This document shows, piece after piece, positions 29,405 to 39,929 of a stretch of 64,000 nucleotides of DNA. Numbering within the stretch: position 1 is the stretch's first letter; every line of letters begins with the position of its first letter. Below the pieces are notes generated by a model, which saw nothing but the letters and a program-made list of their open reading frames with translations, made no database searches and was not told the origin of the DNA. The translations under genes and the position numbers were made by a program. This stretch comes from Alphaproteobacteria bacterium (lineage in GTDB: Bacteria > Pseudomonadota > Alphaproteobacteria > Rs-D84), in the NCBI GenBank assembly GCA_017615655.1, contig JAFZZS010000005.1, forward strand, positions 80,445 through 144,444. Reading direction: 5' to 3'.

Positions 29405-31417
29405 TTAATAATGTTTGCCGTCTACACTTATACCAAATCTGAATTGGAACGTTGTTGTTCCTACATAATCTTCTTTGACTGTGTTATCACGACGGTAACC
29501 AAAACTTAGATAATAACACGGATGTTCGTAATACAATCCCCCCGAGTGCTGTTGAAAACGTTCATTTGTTACATTGTATATCGCATTCCAACGTACCGAC
29601 CATCTGTCTGTAATTGCAAACCCAATTCCACCCATTATTTCATGAATTGATTCCGTTTGTGCAAGAACATTATCAAATTGTTTGGACCAAATGTGTCCGA
29701 CATTAAGGAAATTTTGTTCTGTTCCAACAACAGCATTAGTCTCTGTATGCCGTAATCCAAGATTAGATTGAGATAGACGAAAACGCGTATAAAGGTTCAA
29801 CCATTTCATATTATTATAACCAATACGCCCAACATAATCGGATTGACCGTTGTGGAATCCGCTGTTTGGATCAGTATCTTCGCGTTTGGTAAAATCGTAT
29901 GTTTGTCCTAAAAATGTTTCTATGGTTTGTCCATCAGAATCAAATGCAGCCCACCGGACACCATAATCAGCAAACGTTCCGTTTTCCCACAAATCCAGCC
30001 CAGCAAAACGATTTGATGAAAATAAAGTTGCATCTGAAAGCAGGGCGCCCACAGAATCATTGTTGGATGCAAATTGACTATCGTGAATATGTCGCATAAC
30101 TGTCATACGGGCGCGTGGTTCAATAACCTGGGTCCATTCGGTCAATGGTTTAAATAGTGGTAGCCCCCATTCCAAATAGCCACTGGGCAGGAAACGATTT
30201 TTCATTCCAGAATACATTTCACCATCTATCATTTCGGTATTGTCAAAATTGTATAAATCATAACGTGTTGCTAAACTTGCTGTTATACGATTTCCGCCCC
30301 ATATGGTCCATGGCGATGTTACCCGTGCCTCGCCAATAAGGCGTTGTGATGCAAATCCATCCCCCGATATTCCCAATACATCGCCCATAAAAGTTGCATA
30401 TGTCGCCGCAAACAGCGGTTGCGTTTGATAAATTCCGCGAATATTAGGTAAAATATTACCTGTTGGTACAGAATAATGGTGTGCTTTGCTACGCAATTCC
30501 TGGAATATATGGGCGTCTGCAATCATGTATCCCGATTGACCGAATAATTCAATCCTTGCACCAGAATCAAGGTATGGTTGCTCATCATAAAATCCATATT
30601 TTTGTAAATACGTTTTATCTGATGCACGTTCCAAGAATATATTCGCGCGTGCATTTTCCCCAAGTTCAATTACATCGTTATGGAATATATGCCAACGGTT
30701 TTTACCTTCGCGATTGTGTGTAAATGATCCACGTGTACGAAATTCAGAGTGATCACTATTAAGACGGTGTTCAAGTTGAAATAGTGGGTTTTCACGTGTT
30801 AAATATGAAAATGTCGCTGTAACATCATGTGTATCCGAGATATACAAATAAAATGGTATATTTATCTGGGTTCCCATTTTATTAGTGGATTCAAGATACG
30901 GCGTTAAAAATCCAGTTTTATGTTTAACGCTGGGGTCAGGCATATCAAAATAAGGCAACCACATAACCGGCAAATCATAGATATAAAATATCATATTATA
31001 AAAAGCCAGCATGTGCGTATCTAAGTTGTGTTTAATTTTTTTTGCGGATATTTCCCATGCCTCACCAAAACTATCACAGTTCTTACATGCGGTAAAAGAC
31101 GAATTTTTTGCAATAGTTATAGAATCATCTTTGGTTACGTTTTCTGATTCTATGTATACATGAGGTCCAAGCCATATTTGAATGTCACTGCCGGATAAAT
31201 CGGTACCATTTTTTGAAATATAAGAATCTTTCAGGGTCATTTTTTGACCAGATTTATTAGATATTTCTGTTTTACCGGTCGTTTTTATGGTTTCAGATTT
31301 CAGGTCATATTCAATTTTATCTGCCTTGATAACAGTTGGTTCATTTAAATCAACGGACACCGCATTTGCGGTGTGCGATATCAAGAACATACAAAGAACA
31401 CAATAACCCCATTTCAT
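29405..31417 (-). CDS. lptD: LPS assembly protein LptD
   Basis: OstA-like N-terminus (IKADKIEYD), FTAC..C, P...P.P...TGFL.P, beta-barrel C-terminus. Confidence 0.93.
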   Translation of the reverse strand: MKWGYCVLCMFLISHTANAVSVDLNEPTVIKADKIEYDLKSETIKTTGKTEISNKSGQKMTLKDSYISKNGTDLSGSDIQIWLGPHVYIESENVTKDDSITIAKNSSFTACKNCDSFGEAWEISAKKIKHNLDTHMLAFYNMIFYIYDLPVMWLPYFDMPDPSVKHKTGFLTPYLESTNKMGTQINIPFYLYISDTHDVTATFSYLTRENPLFQLEHRLNSDHSEFRTRGSFTHNREGKNRWHIFHNDVIELGENARANIFLERASDKTYLQKYGFYDEQPYLDSGARIELFGQSGYMIADAHIFQELRSKAHHYSVPTGNILPNIRGIYQTQPLFAATYATFMGDVLGISGDGFASQRLIGEARVTSPWTIWGGNRITASLATRYDLYNFDNTEMIDGEMYSGMKNRFLPSGYLEWGLPLFKPLTEWTQVIEPRARMTVMRHIHDSQFASNNDSVGALLSDATLFSSNRFAGLDLWENGTFADYGVRWAAFDSDGQTIETFLGQTYDFTKREDTDPNSGFHNGQSDYVGRIGYNNMKWLNLYTRFRLSQSNLGLRHTETNAVVGTEQNFLNVGHIWSKQFDNVLAQTESIHEIMGGIGFAITDRWSVRWNAIYNVTNERFQQHSGGLYYEHPCYYLSFGYRRDNTVKEDYVGTTTFQFRFGISVDGKHY

Positions 31418-32472
31418 TTTTTTAATAATATCACCATCATAATTACCAGTAATACAACCTGTCCCCCCGCAAGCATTAACAGGTCACTAACGCTTTCAAG
31501 CATATTTGATGCCGACATAAATGCAGCCATAACCACCGACATTGCAACAACCGCAAGCGCAGGTGCAAAACTTGTTCGTCTTCGAAGCAAAGACGACCGT
31601 AACAAAATTGCCAGACAAAGTACCGCCAAGATAAAATTCATTACTGGTTGCAAAAATCTTGTGCATAATTCTGTGAACACGGTTTTGCGTTGTTTTTGAT
31701 TGAGATCTTGTGAGATTGATTTTATCAAATCATAAGTTGGCATTCTGCGAGATTTAAATGAAGAATTGTTACTTTTTTCTGTAACACTTAAATCCATATC
31801 AAAACTATCAAATGTGCCTATAATATCACCATTACCGGTTGCTTGCAATGAACCATTAGTCATAACAATGGAAAGTCCACGCATACTTGTAACAAGTTTT
31901 CCGTTTTCAGCAAAAATAATCATTTGAGATTTATCTTTGCGAATATCCGATAACATAACGTGTTTAAGGTCATATCCAGATACTTTATCCACATATACAA
32001 CCAAACCACGCGACATTTCGGTAAATGCCCCCTCTTGCAATTTCAAATGTGCCAAACCGTATCGCAGATTCCACTGTGTGTCGTAAAATTTGGCCTGGGT
32101 TGCCGGTACAATCCAGACATTTAATATCAGATTTACCACCGTTAAAATTCCTGCCAATACAAGCGCGGGACGCGCGATTTTACCAGGTGATGTTCCAGAT
32201 GCCGCCATGACAATAACCTCGTTATCACCAATCATTTTGTTGTATACGAACAATATGGTAATAAATGTCACAAATGGAACGATAATAGACAGTATAAAAG
32301 GGACCATCATTACGGTTAATCCCAAAAAGTTACTTAACTTAACACCGTAATTTATCAGGAATTTCATCATAGCCATAATCTGGACCATCCATGCCAGTCC
32401 AGTTAATATCAGCAACAACATTGCAAAAATACCAATCAGTTGTCGCGTAAAATACTTGTCCAGTGTTTTCAT
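31414..32472 (-). CDS. lptF: LptF/LptG family LPS export permease (LptF-like)
   Basis: LDKYF.RQ, DNEVIVMAASG.S, multiple TM segments; overlaps the lptD start. Confidence 0.82.
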   Translation of the reverse strand: MKTLDKYFTRQLIGIFAMLLLILTGLAWMVQIMAMMKFLINYGVKLSNFLGLTVMMVPFILSIIVPFVTFITILFVYNKMIGDNEVIVMAASGTSPGKIARPALVLAGILTVVNLILNVWIVPATQAKFYDTQWNLRYGLAHLKLQEGAFTEMSRGLVVYVDKVSGYDLKHVMLSDIRKDKSQMIIFAENGKLVTSMRGLSIVMTNGSLQATGNGDIIGTFDSFDMDLSVTEKSNNSSFKSRRMPTYDLIKSISQDLNQKQRKTVFTELCTRFLQPVMNFILAVLCLAILLRSSLLRRRTSFAPALAVVAMSVVMAAFMSASNMLESVSDLLMLAGGQVVLLVIMMVILLKK

Positions 32473-32537
32473 CAAATAAAGTATAGAGTCCAAAAACAAC
32501 GGCGTCAAATATATTTAATAAAATATGTAAAAAAGAT

Positions 32538-32565
32538 TTGCATTTGTGCGATTCGGTGTTATAAT
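32538..32565 (+). promoter_or_regulatory. nusA-infB promoter
   Basis: TTGCAT-16 nt-TATAAT with TGn extension. Confidence 0.6.
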
Positions 32566-32590
32566 CCACTTGTTCTTGAAAGTTAAATTT

Positions 32591-32620
32591 TAGGGGCGGG
32601 GTTGAAGAACCCCGCCCTTA
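32591..32620 (+). promoter_or_regulatory. rimP-leader-like GC-rich hairpin upstream of nusA
   Basis: taggggcggggtt-gaag-aaccccgccctta, containing GGGC...GCCC. Confidence 0.6.
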
Positions 32621-32663
32621 TAGATAAACAAGACGTCAAACAAAATACCAAGGGAGATAACGA

Positions 32664-34211
32664 ATGTCTTTTGTTTCTATGCCGCGTCAAGACTTGTTGT
32701 TGGCTATTGATTCTTTGGCCAGTGAAAAACAAATTGATCGCGAAACTGTTTTTAATTCGCTTGAGGCGGCGATTGCAAAAATCGCAAAACATAAATATGG
32801 TGAAGAATTTAATATTGTCGCAAATATTGACCATAAAAATGGTGCAATTTATGTCAAGCGATTGTTTGATGTTATTGAATCACCCGAGGCCGCAGGTGAT
32901 GACTATAATCCATTTACTATGCTTACCGTAGAAGAGGCTAAAAAGTACGCATCAAATCCATCTGTAGGTGATGTTGTCGAAGATTCATTGCCTGAACCAG
33001 AATTTGGCCGTATGGCGTTTCAAACCGCGCGTCAAATTATGACTGCGCGTGTCCGTGATGCAGAACGTGGTCGTCAATACGAAGAATTCAAAGATAGTAT
33101 TGGGGATATCGTAAGTGGCGTCGTAAAGCGTATAGAATTTGGTAATGTATTTGTTGATATCAATGGTAAAGCCGAAGGGTATATCAAAGGCAGCGAACTT
33201 ATCCCAGGTGAACGTTTGGCGGTTGGCGACCGTGTTCGTGCCTTGATTATGGATGTTGCGCGTTCTAATTCTGGTCCACAAATCTTTTTGACACGTACGC
33301 ATCCGATGTTTATGGAAAAATTGTTTGTCCAAGAAGTTCCAGAAATCTATGAAGGCATAATCAAAATTAAATCTGTTTCACGTGCCCCAGGTTCGCACGC
33401 AAAAATAGCAGTGGAAACGGCTGATCCATCAATTGATGCAGTTGGTATGACCGTTGGTATCAAAGGAACACGTATTCAACCGGTTATCAATGAATGCCAT
33501 GGTGAAAAGATTGATGTTATCTTGTATTCTGAAGATCCTGCGGTGTTTATTGTTAACGCAATGCAACCGGCCAAAGTTGCCAAGATAATCGTTGACGAAG
33601 ATACACGCAGCGCTGTTATCGTTGTAAACGAAGATCAACAATCTTTGGCAATTGGTCGTCGTGGTCAAAATGTTCGTCTTGCGTCACAGTTAACAGGTTG
33701 GAACATAGACGTTGTTAACGAAGCCGAAGAACAAGAACGTCGTACAAAAGAGGTCAAAGAAAAAACAGAACTCTTTATCAAAGGATTGGATGTCGATGAA
33801 ATGATTGCACACCTGTTGGTATCCGAAGGTTTCCGTACAATCGAAGAAATCGCATTTGTGGAACTTAAAGAACTTGAGGCTATCGAAGGGTTTAATACAG
33901 AACTTGCGATGGAATTACAAAATCGTGCCAAGGCATACCTTGAAAAACTTGAACGCGAATATTTCGAACAAGGGCATAAATTGGGTATGTCAGATGATTT
34001 GCTTTCATTTGATTTTATCAAGCGTCCAATTATTATGAAACTTGGCGAAGCTGGTATCAAGACATTGTCTGATTTGGCTGATTTGGCATCAGACGAACTG
34101 GTCGAAATATTGGGCGAAGAAACCATGAGCGCACACCTTGCGGGACGTGTTATTATGAAGGCGCGTGAAATTGCATTTGGTATCGTTCAAGCAGAAGAAA
34201 CCGAAGAATAA
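32664..34211 (+). CDS. nusA: Transcription factor NusA
   Basis: FGRMAFQTARQ, S1/KH domains, SLAIGRRGQNVRLASQLTGW. Confidence 0.98.
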   Translation: MSFVSMPRQDLLLAIDSLASEKQIDRETVFNSLEAAIAKIAKHKYGEEFNIVANIDHKNGAIYVKRLFDVIESPEAAGDDYNPFTMLTVEEAKKYASNPSVGDVVEDSLPEPEFGRMAFQTARQIMTARVRDAERGRQYEEFKDSIGDIVSGVVKRIEFGNVFVDINGKAEGYIKGSELIPGERLAVGDRVRALIMDVARSNSGPQIFLTRTHPMFMEKLFVQEVPEIYEGIIKIKSVSRAPGSHAKIAVETADPSIDAVGMTVGIKGTRIQPVINECHGEKIDVILYSEDPAVFIVNAMQPAKVAKIIVDEDTRSAVIVVNEDQQSLAIGRRGQNVRLASQLTGWNIDVVNEAEEQERRTKEVKEKTELFIKGLDVDEMIAHLLVSEGFRTIEEIAFVELKELEAIEGFNTELAMELQNRAKAYLEKLEREYFEQGHKLGMSDDLLSFDFIKRPIIMKLGEAGIKTLSDLADLASDELVEILGEETMSAHLAGRVIMKAREIAFGIVQAEETEE

Positions 34212-34236
34212 AATCATATAAAACCGGAGGCTAAAC

Positions 34237-36645
34237 ATGGCGACATTGACACTTGGAAAATCTGTGACACTGGATGCTGTTCAAAGCAAAAAAGGCGATT
34301 CTGTTTTCGTCGAGCGTCGTCGTCGTGTTGTTGCCCCGGGGCGAAATGAATTGCGTGAAGAGCCGGCAAAACCAGTGCAATCACGTAATCCGGCGGATGA
34401 AAAGTTGCGTGCCGTCCTAGAGGCTGCACGTGCACGTGAAGAAGAACGCAAAAAACGTGAAGCCGAAGAAGCCGCAGCACGTGCTGCGCGTGAGGCTGAA
34501 ATTGCCCGTGAAAATCGTGAATACGAACAGGTCAAAGAACAATTAGCGGCACGTGAAAATTCTGTTTCGGTAACCCAAGAAGAATATGTGGAACCAACAT
34601 CCGTTCCACGTTCTGTGCAATCTGGGGGAAAAAAGAACCAAGGGCGCCGTATGGACATTGATGATGAATCTGATAATGCATCTATGCAACCGCGTCGCAA
34701 TAACAAATTTGGTGGTGGTAAAAAAGAATTTGCCAAAACCGGAAAAATATCGTTACAAGATATTGTCATTGGTGGTGATGATGACGATGATGATTCAATC
34801 GGGTTACGTGGCGCAAATCGCCGTCGTTCCGAGGCATCATTAAAGCGATTTCGTGAAAAAGCGCGTGCAATGTTCAATGCGCCACAAAAGGTTTCGCACG
34901 AGGTTGTACTTGGTGATACTATTGTGGTTAAAGATTTAGCGGCGGCAATGGCAGAAAAGGTTGGTAATGTCGTAAAGAAATTGATGGAAATGGGGATGAT
35001 GGTTTCCCAGAACCAATCTATTGACGCAGATACTGCGGAAATTATTGCAGGTGAATTTGGTGCAACGGTAAAACGGGTCGAAGTTAAGCCTTATGCCGAT
35101 CAAATTGAACGTGCACCAAACCCAGATAATCTTAAACCTCGTGCCCCGGTTGTTACTGTTGTTGGACATGTTGATCATGGCAAAACATCATTGCTGGATG
35201 CGTTCCGTAATGCGAATGTAGTTGCAGGCGAAGCGGGCGGTATCACCCAACATATTTCTTCGTACGAAGTTAAAACAAAATCGGGTGCGATTATAACTTT
35301 CCTTGATACCCCAGGACATGAAACATTTACTGCAATGCGTGCGCGTGGTGCGCAAATGGCAGATATTGTCGTACTAGTCGTTGCAGCGAACGATTCAATT
35401 ATGCCGCAAACCATTGAGGCAATAAACCATATTCGTGCCGCCAAGGTTCCTTTTATTGTTGCAATAAACAAAATTGATTTGCCCGAGGCAAATCCGCAAA
35501 AGGTCAAAACTGATTTGTTGCAGCAAGAAGTCCAAGTCGAAGAAATGGGTGGTGATGTTCAATGTGTTGAAATATCAGCAAAACAAAAAATCGGCCTTGA
35601 TAAATTAGAAGATGCAATATTGTTACAGGCAGAAATGATGGATTTAAAAGCAGATCCTGATATGCCAGCAATTGCCACCGTGGTCGAGGCAAAGATGGAA
35701 CGTGGCCTGGGTGCAGTTGCAACCGTTATCATCCGCCAGGGAACATTAAAGATTGGCGATGTATTTGTTGTCGGCGAGACATTTGGCCGCGTGCGTGGTT
35801 TGATAATGTCAAATGGGGAACGTGTAAAATCTGTTCGTCCGGCACAGCCAGTAATGGTATTGGGACTTGATTCTGTACCTGCAGCAGGGGATCAGTTAAA
35901 TGTTATGGAAACCGAGGCACAAACCAGGGAAGTTGCTGCATATCGTATACAGCGTGCACGTGACAAAGCGAATGCGGTTAAACGTTCATCTTTGGAAGAA
36001 TTATTTGCACGTCAAACAACCGATGACAAGAAATTGACATTACCGGTTATATTGCGTGCGGATGTCCAAGGCAGTGTCGAGGCGATAACTGATATGTTGC
36101 GTGGTATAAAAACAGATAAAGTGTCGGTGGACATATTGTCGGCGGGCGTCGGTCAAATTACCGAAGGTGATGTACGTCTGGCAATTGCATCAGGTGCGGT
36201 CATAATTGCATTTAATGTTCGTGCAGATTCCGCGGTTCGTGACATGGCGCGTGCATCGGGTGTTGATATTCGCTATCACAGTGTTGTGTATCGCATTACC
36301 GATGAAATCAAAGAAATATTGTCGGGAAAACTGGCCCCAGAAAAGAAAGAGAACTTTATTGGATACGCCGATGTTATCGCATTGTTTACCGTTGGCAAAG
36401 GCATACGCGTTGCTGGTTGTCGCATGACCGAAGGTACAATAAAGAAAGATGCGTTTGTCCGTCTGTTGCGTAATAATGTTGTTATATATGACGGTAAAAT
36501 CGGTGAATTGCGCCGCGAAAAGAACGAAGTCAAAGAAGTTTCTGGTGGTGTTGAATTCGGTATGAGTTTTGATAAATATAACGATTTGAAAGAGGGTGAC
36601 CGCGTAGAATGTTACGAGGTCCAAGAAATAAAAGCACAATTATAG
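34237..36645 (+). CDS. infB: Translation initiation factor IF-2
   Basis: [30 protein letters not shown]. Confidence 0.98.
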   Translation: MATLTLGKSVTLDAVQSKKGDSVFVERRRRVVAPGRNELREEPAKPVQSRNPADEKLRAVLEAARAREEERKKREAEEAAARAAREAEIARENREYEQVKEQLAARENSVSVTQEEYVEPTSVPRSVQSGGKKNQGRRMDIDDESDNASMQPRRNNKFGGGKKEFAKTGKISLQDIVIGGDDDDDDSIGLRGANRRRSEASLKRFREKARAMFNAPQKVSHEVVLGDTIVVKDLAAAMAEKVGNVVKKLMEMGMMVSQNQSIDADTAEIIAGEFGATVKRVEVKPYADQIERAPNPDNLKPRAPVVTVVGHVDHGKTSLLDAFRNANVVAGEAGGITQHISSYEVKTKSGAIITFLDTPGHETFTAMRARGAQMADIVVLVVAANDSIMPQTIEAINHIRAAKVPFIVAINKIDLPEANPQKVKTDLLQQEVQVEEMGGDVQCVEISAKQKIGLDKLEDAILLQAEMMDLKADPDMPAIATVVEAKMERGLGAVATVIIRQGTLKIGDVFVVGETFGRVRGLIMSNGERVKSVRPAQPVMVLGLDSVPAAGDQLNVMETEAQTREVAAYRIQRARDKANAVKRSSLEELFARQTTDDKKLTLPVILRADVQGSVEAITDMLRGIKTDKVSVDILSAGVGQITEGDVRLAIASGAVIIAFNVRADSAVRDMARASGVDIRYHSVVYRITDEIKEILSGKLAPEKKENFIGYADVIALFTVGKGIRVAGCRMTEGTIKKDAFVRLLRNNVVIYDGKIGELRREKNEVKEVSGGVEFGMSFDKYNDLKEGDRVECYEVQEIKAQL

Positions 36646-36648
36646 ACA

Positions 36649-36673
36649 TTAGTTGTTAGTGTTAGTGGTTAGT
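36649..36673 (+). repeat. Short tandem (G)TTAGT repeat after the infB stop
   Basis: ttagt-tgttagt-gttagt-ggttagt. Confidence 0.6.
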
Positions 36674-36704
36674 AAAAATGGTTGCAGAAATGCAACCGTT
36701 TTTT
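36674..36704 (+). terminator. Terminator after infB
   Basis: aaaaatggttgca-gaaa-tgcaaccg-T6. Confidence 0.85.
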
Positions 36705-36788
36705 GTTAGTTTCGAATCGTTATATCGGACATAAAAACACGTTATACCGCACACTGATGCGGTACCCCCCTTTTTATAATATTGTGCG

Positions 36789-36856
36789 TAAATCATTGAT
36801 ACTTCGTTTTTTTTTTTTTTTTTGAACTTGATTCAACGGGTTGTGTCTGATATAAT
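36789..36856 (+). promoter_or_regulatory. IHF-consensus site, T17 tract and sigma70 promoter
   Basis: Minus-strand TATCAATGATTTA (WATCAANNNNTTR) at 36789-36801; T17 at 36807-36823; TTGATT-17 nt-TATAAT at 36828-36856. Confidence 0.6.
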
Positions 36857-36886
36857 TCATATGAACAAACGAAGAGGGAAATTTCC

Positions 36887-37396
36887 ATGAAAAAGATATT
36901 ACTAACATCAATACTTGCGGTTATTGTTGGAACAACAGTGGCAAATGCAGATAATAATACCGGTGATAAGAAAGTAACATCAAAAAGTTATGTTGATACA
37001 AAATTTCAAGAAAAAATACCAGTAAACAGTGCTACGATTACAAGCAAAGCAGGCACTGTAAATATACCAAATACTTTGGTGTTGTCCCCAAATGATACAC
37101 CTGGAGAAGTCGGAGAAAGGGGCGTCCTTGACTACGATCTTATTAATATTCCGGCAGTAGCGGCAACAATTACAGGCAATTATAATACTCCGCCTGAAGA
37201 TGTTATTGACTTGCTTAGCTTGGATGCTTTTGAAGGTTTAGTACCCACTGCAGAAATTATAGCTGTGGCCGCCGCTAATTCTCTTGATGAAAAGCAAAAC
37301 AAAATGACATGTGTCGGATGGCTGGACGGAACAATAACACCCGATGCAACACATACTAATGCAAATTGTGCACTGTGGAATTTTGAAGCGCAATAA
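36887..37396 (+). CDS. Small secreted protein with K.YVD motif and C-terminal Cys pair
   Basis: Signal peptide, VTSKSYVDTKFQEKI, KQNKMTC...NCALW. GAGGG RBS. Confidence 0.75.
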   Translation: MKKILLTSILAVIVGTTVANADNNTGDKKVTSKSYVDTKFQEKIPVNSATITSKAGTVNIPNTLVLSPNDTPGEVGERGVLDYDLINIPAVAATITGNYNTPPEDVIDLLSLDAFEGLVPTAEIIAVAAANSLDEKQNKMTCVGWLDGTITPDATHTNANCALWNFEAQ

Positions 37397-37402
37397 TTTT
37401 AG

Positions 37403-37426
37403 AACTGCCCGGATGGGCGGTTTTTT
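37403..37426. terminator. Terminator between convergent ORFs
   Basis: aactgccc-ggat-gggcgg-T6. Confidence 0.75.
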
Positions 37427-37431
37427 GTTAT

Positions 37432-37788
37432 CTATTTTTTGTCGTTGGTATTACGTAGATGCAGAAATTCTGCAGATATCTTATCGGCGCGCGCAACGCG
37501 TTGTTTTAATGCCTTTTCATTTGCCTGGTTATATCCAATTGTGCGCATCTGATTAAAGAACGCCGCCAACATCGTTTGGTCGGTATCTAATTCTTTACCG
37601 TTAATTGTGACACTATAGACCGCTGCGCCATCAATAAACTTCTGTGTGGCGACAACCGTTTTGCCATCCGGTGTTTTCATTTCGCACTTTTTTATCGGGC
37701 GAACCGTCATTTTAATTTCGGTTTTTGGGTCTTGTAATGCCATAATTAATTCGTTAATAGTTTTTAAATTTTGATTAGTGTTTGCCAT
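37432..37788 (-). CDS. Hypothetical protein
   Basis: 118-aa ORF filling the gap between a terminator and the dnaX promoter region. Confidence 0.7.
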   Translation of the reverse strand: MANTNQNLKTINELIMALQDPKTEIKMTVRPIKKCEMKTPDGKTVVATQKFIDGAAVYSVTINGKELDTDQTMLAAFFNQMRTIGYNQANEKALKQRVARADKISAEFLHLRNTNDKK

Positions 37789-37924
37789 TGAAATATCCTT
37801 AATTTCCTTATATAAACAATTATATATGAAAAAATCGCCCCAGTCCAGAAATTATAATGATGGACAACCAATTTGCCCTTGAAATTTGATATATGTTTGC
37901 TATGCTTTGGCAAAAGGAAGTTTT

Positions 37925-39448
37925 ATGGATACGAATTACACTGTTTTGGCACGTAAATATCGCAGTCAGGATTTTCAATCACTTATCGGTCAGGATGTTT
38001 TGGTAAAAACGCTTACAACCGCGATAAAAACTGGGCGTATTGCGCATGCCTATATTTTTACAGGTATCCGTGGAACCGGTAAAACCAGTACGGCACGTAT
38101 CTTGGCCAAGGCATTGAATTGCATGTCTTCTGATGGACCGACGGCAACACCATGCGGAAAATGCGAGAATTGCCGTGCAATCGCCGCAGGTCAGCATATT
38201 GATGTTTTGGAAATTGACGCCGCGTCACACACCGGTGTTGATAATATGCGCGAAATACTAGATGCTGCGCAATACCGTCCAACAAATGGACGCTATAAGG
38301 TATATATAATCGACGAAGTTCATATGTTATCAACTAGCGCGTTCAATGCGCTGCTTAAAACACTAGAAGAACCACCTGCACATGTGATTTTTATCCTGGC
38401 TACAACCGAAATTCGCAAAGTGCCGGTAACAATTCTTTCACGATGCCAACGCTTTGATTTAGTACGTGTTCCGGTGGAAACACTGAAAAAACATTTTGCA
38501 TGGATTGCTGAACAGGAAAAAGTAGAACTTAGTGATGCCGCAAATGAATTGTTGGCGCGTGCCGCCGATGGTTCTGTGCGTGATGGGTTGTCATTGCTGG
38601 ACCAGGCGATTGCGCAAACTGGTGGCCATGTTGATGAAAGTGCAGTAATGGATATGCTAAAACGCGCTGATCGTGGTGTGGTTGTTGATTTTATGCAGAC
38701 GATACTTTCTGGGAATGTCGCAACCGCTATTGCCAAGGCAGATGAAATATATACCAATGGCGCAGATTTAAGTATGTTGCTTACTGATATGATGGAATGG
38801 ACACACTGGGCAACGCGTATGCATCCTGTGCTGCGTGCCGGTGATGGAAATAATATCCCCTATACTGCCGATCAACGTGCGCGTATAAATGAAATAAATA
38901 AACATGTGTCATTAAATACTCTTTCAAGAATATGGCAGGTAATGGTTGCATCAGTGCCAGAAATGGCGGCGGCAACAAATCAAAAACAGTGTTTTGATAT
39001 GTTGATAATTCGTCTGATGCATATTGCAGATATGCCGGCGTTAACGGATATGTTGAAATCAGATAATAAACCAACTACGCAACCTGCACCACAACCTGTA
39101 CCACAAAAAGAGAATATAAAAACAGCATCAGATTTAGCGGATTTATTGAAAGACTCGCGCGAGATAATGCTTTATTCTTATTTTACCAAGAATATAGAGG
39201 TATCAGAAATATCAGGGCACAAGATATCATATTATGATCGTGGCAATGACCAAGATTTTCAAAAGAAATTTGTTTTGTGGCTGAACAGCAAAACAAGTGA
39301 AAATTGGGAATTAAACAAAATAGAAGAATCACACCAGGATAAGACAGTTAACGAACAAATCAAAACAGATGTAGAATCTGATCCAATGGTCGCAGATGCA
39401 ATGTCTTTGTTCGAAGGTGCCGAAATAGTCGGGGTATCAAAACAGTAA
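37925..39448 (+). CDS. dnaX: DNA polymerase III subunit gamma/tau
   Basis: LARKYR, GIRGTGKTSTAR, Zn Cys cluster, DEVHMLS..AFNALLKTLEEPP, SRC. Confidence 0.97.
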   Translation: MDTNYTVLARKYRSQDFQSLIGQDVLVKTLTTAIKTGRIAHAYIFTGIRGTGKTSTARILAKALNCMSSDGPTATPCGKCENCRAIAAGQHIDVLEIDAASHTGVDNMREILDAAQYRPTNGRYKVYIIDEVHMLSTSAFNALLKTLEEPPAHVIFILATTEIRKVPVTILSRCQRFDLVRVPVETLKKHFAWIAEQEKVELSDAANELLARAADGSVRDGLSLLDQAIAQTGGHVDESAVMDMLKRADRGVVVDFMQTILSGNVATAIAKADEIYTNGADLSMLLTDMMEWTHWATRMHPVLRAGDGNNIPYTADQRARINEINKHVSLNTLSRIWQVMVASVPEMAAATNQKQCFDMLIIRLMHIADMPALTDMLKSDNKPTTQPAPQPVPQKENIKTASDLADLLKDSREIMLYSYFTKNIEVSEISGHKISYYDRGNDQDFQKKFVLWLNSKTSENWELNKIEESHQDKTVNEQIKTDVESDPMVADAMSLFEGAEIVGVSKQ

Positions 39449-39468
39449 GTCATTAAATGGGGGGACAA

Positions 39469-39927
39469 ATGAAAACAGAATATGGCAGAAGTTTAATAGA
39501 AATGATAGGTGTCTTGGCGGTAACAGGCGTGATGACGGCAAGTGCAATTGCAATATATAACACAATCCGTCATAATCAGCATAATACAATCGCGGCGGCA
39601 ACATTACGTGAAACCGCCAAAAATACAAAATTATTGATGCAAATGCGTGGCGATTATACCGGTGTTTCGGTTGATTACTTGGTCAAAGCCGGGGCACTTA
39701 CATCTGATGCAGCACCTGTTGGAAAAACATGGTCAATTGATGTTGGTGCCGTAGATATCGCAACATTTGAAATTAAATTGCATGGTTTATCACACGGTGA
39801 ATGTGATTTCTTTGTCGCAACAATTCCGGCATGGGCCGAGGCAATGTTCGTAAACGGTGTCTCATCCACAGAATATGTGCAATGTATTTCTGCATCAGAA
39901 AATGATATAACTTTTGTTGTAAGATAA
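39469..39927 (+). CDS. Type IV pilin (PilS-like)
   Basis: MKTEYG|RSLIEM plus hydrophobic helix; GDYTG..LVKAG..P.G, two C-terminal Cys. Confidence 0.75.
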   Translation: MKTEYGRSLIEMIGVLAVTGVMTASAIAIYNTIRHNQHNTIAAATLRETAKNTKLLMQMRGDYTGVSVDYLVKAGALTSDAAPVGKTWSIDVGAVDIATFEIKLHGLSHGECDFFVATIPAWAEAMFVNGVSSTEYVQCISASENDITFVVR

Positions 39928-39929
39928 AG

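Noticed and set aside
36757-36825. 22-codon ORF spanning the T17 tract (MRYPPFY...FFFFF)
   Set aside because: No RBS, and no tract length would fuse it to the 36887 gene because that frame has a stop just upstream of its start.
39101-39112. Possible dnaX -1 frameshift site (CAAAAAG)
   Set aside because: Only five As and out of register for an A-AAA-AAG slippery heptamer; no clear downstream stimulator.
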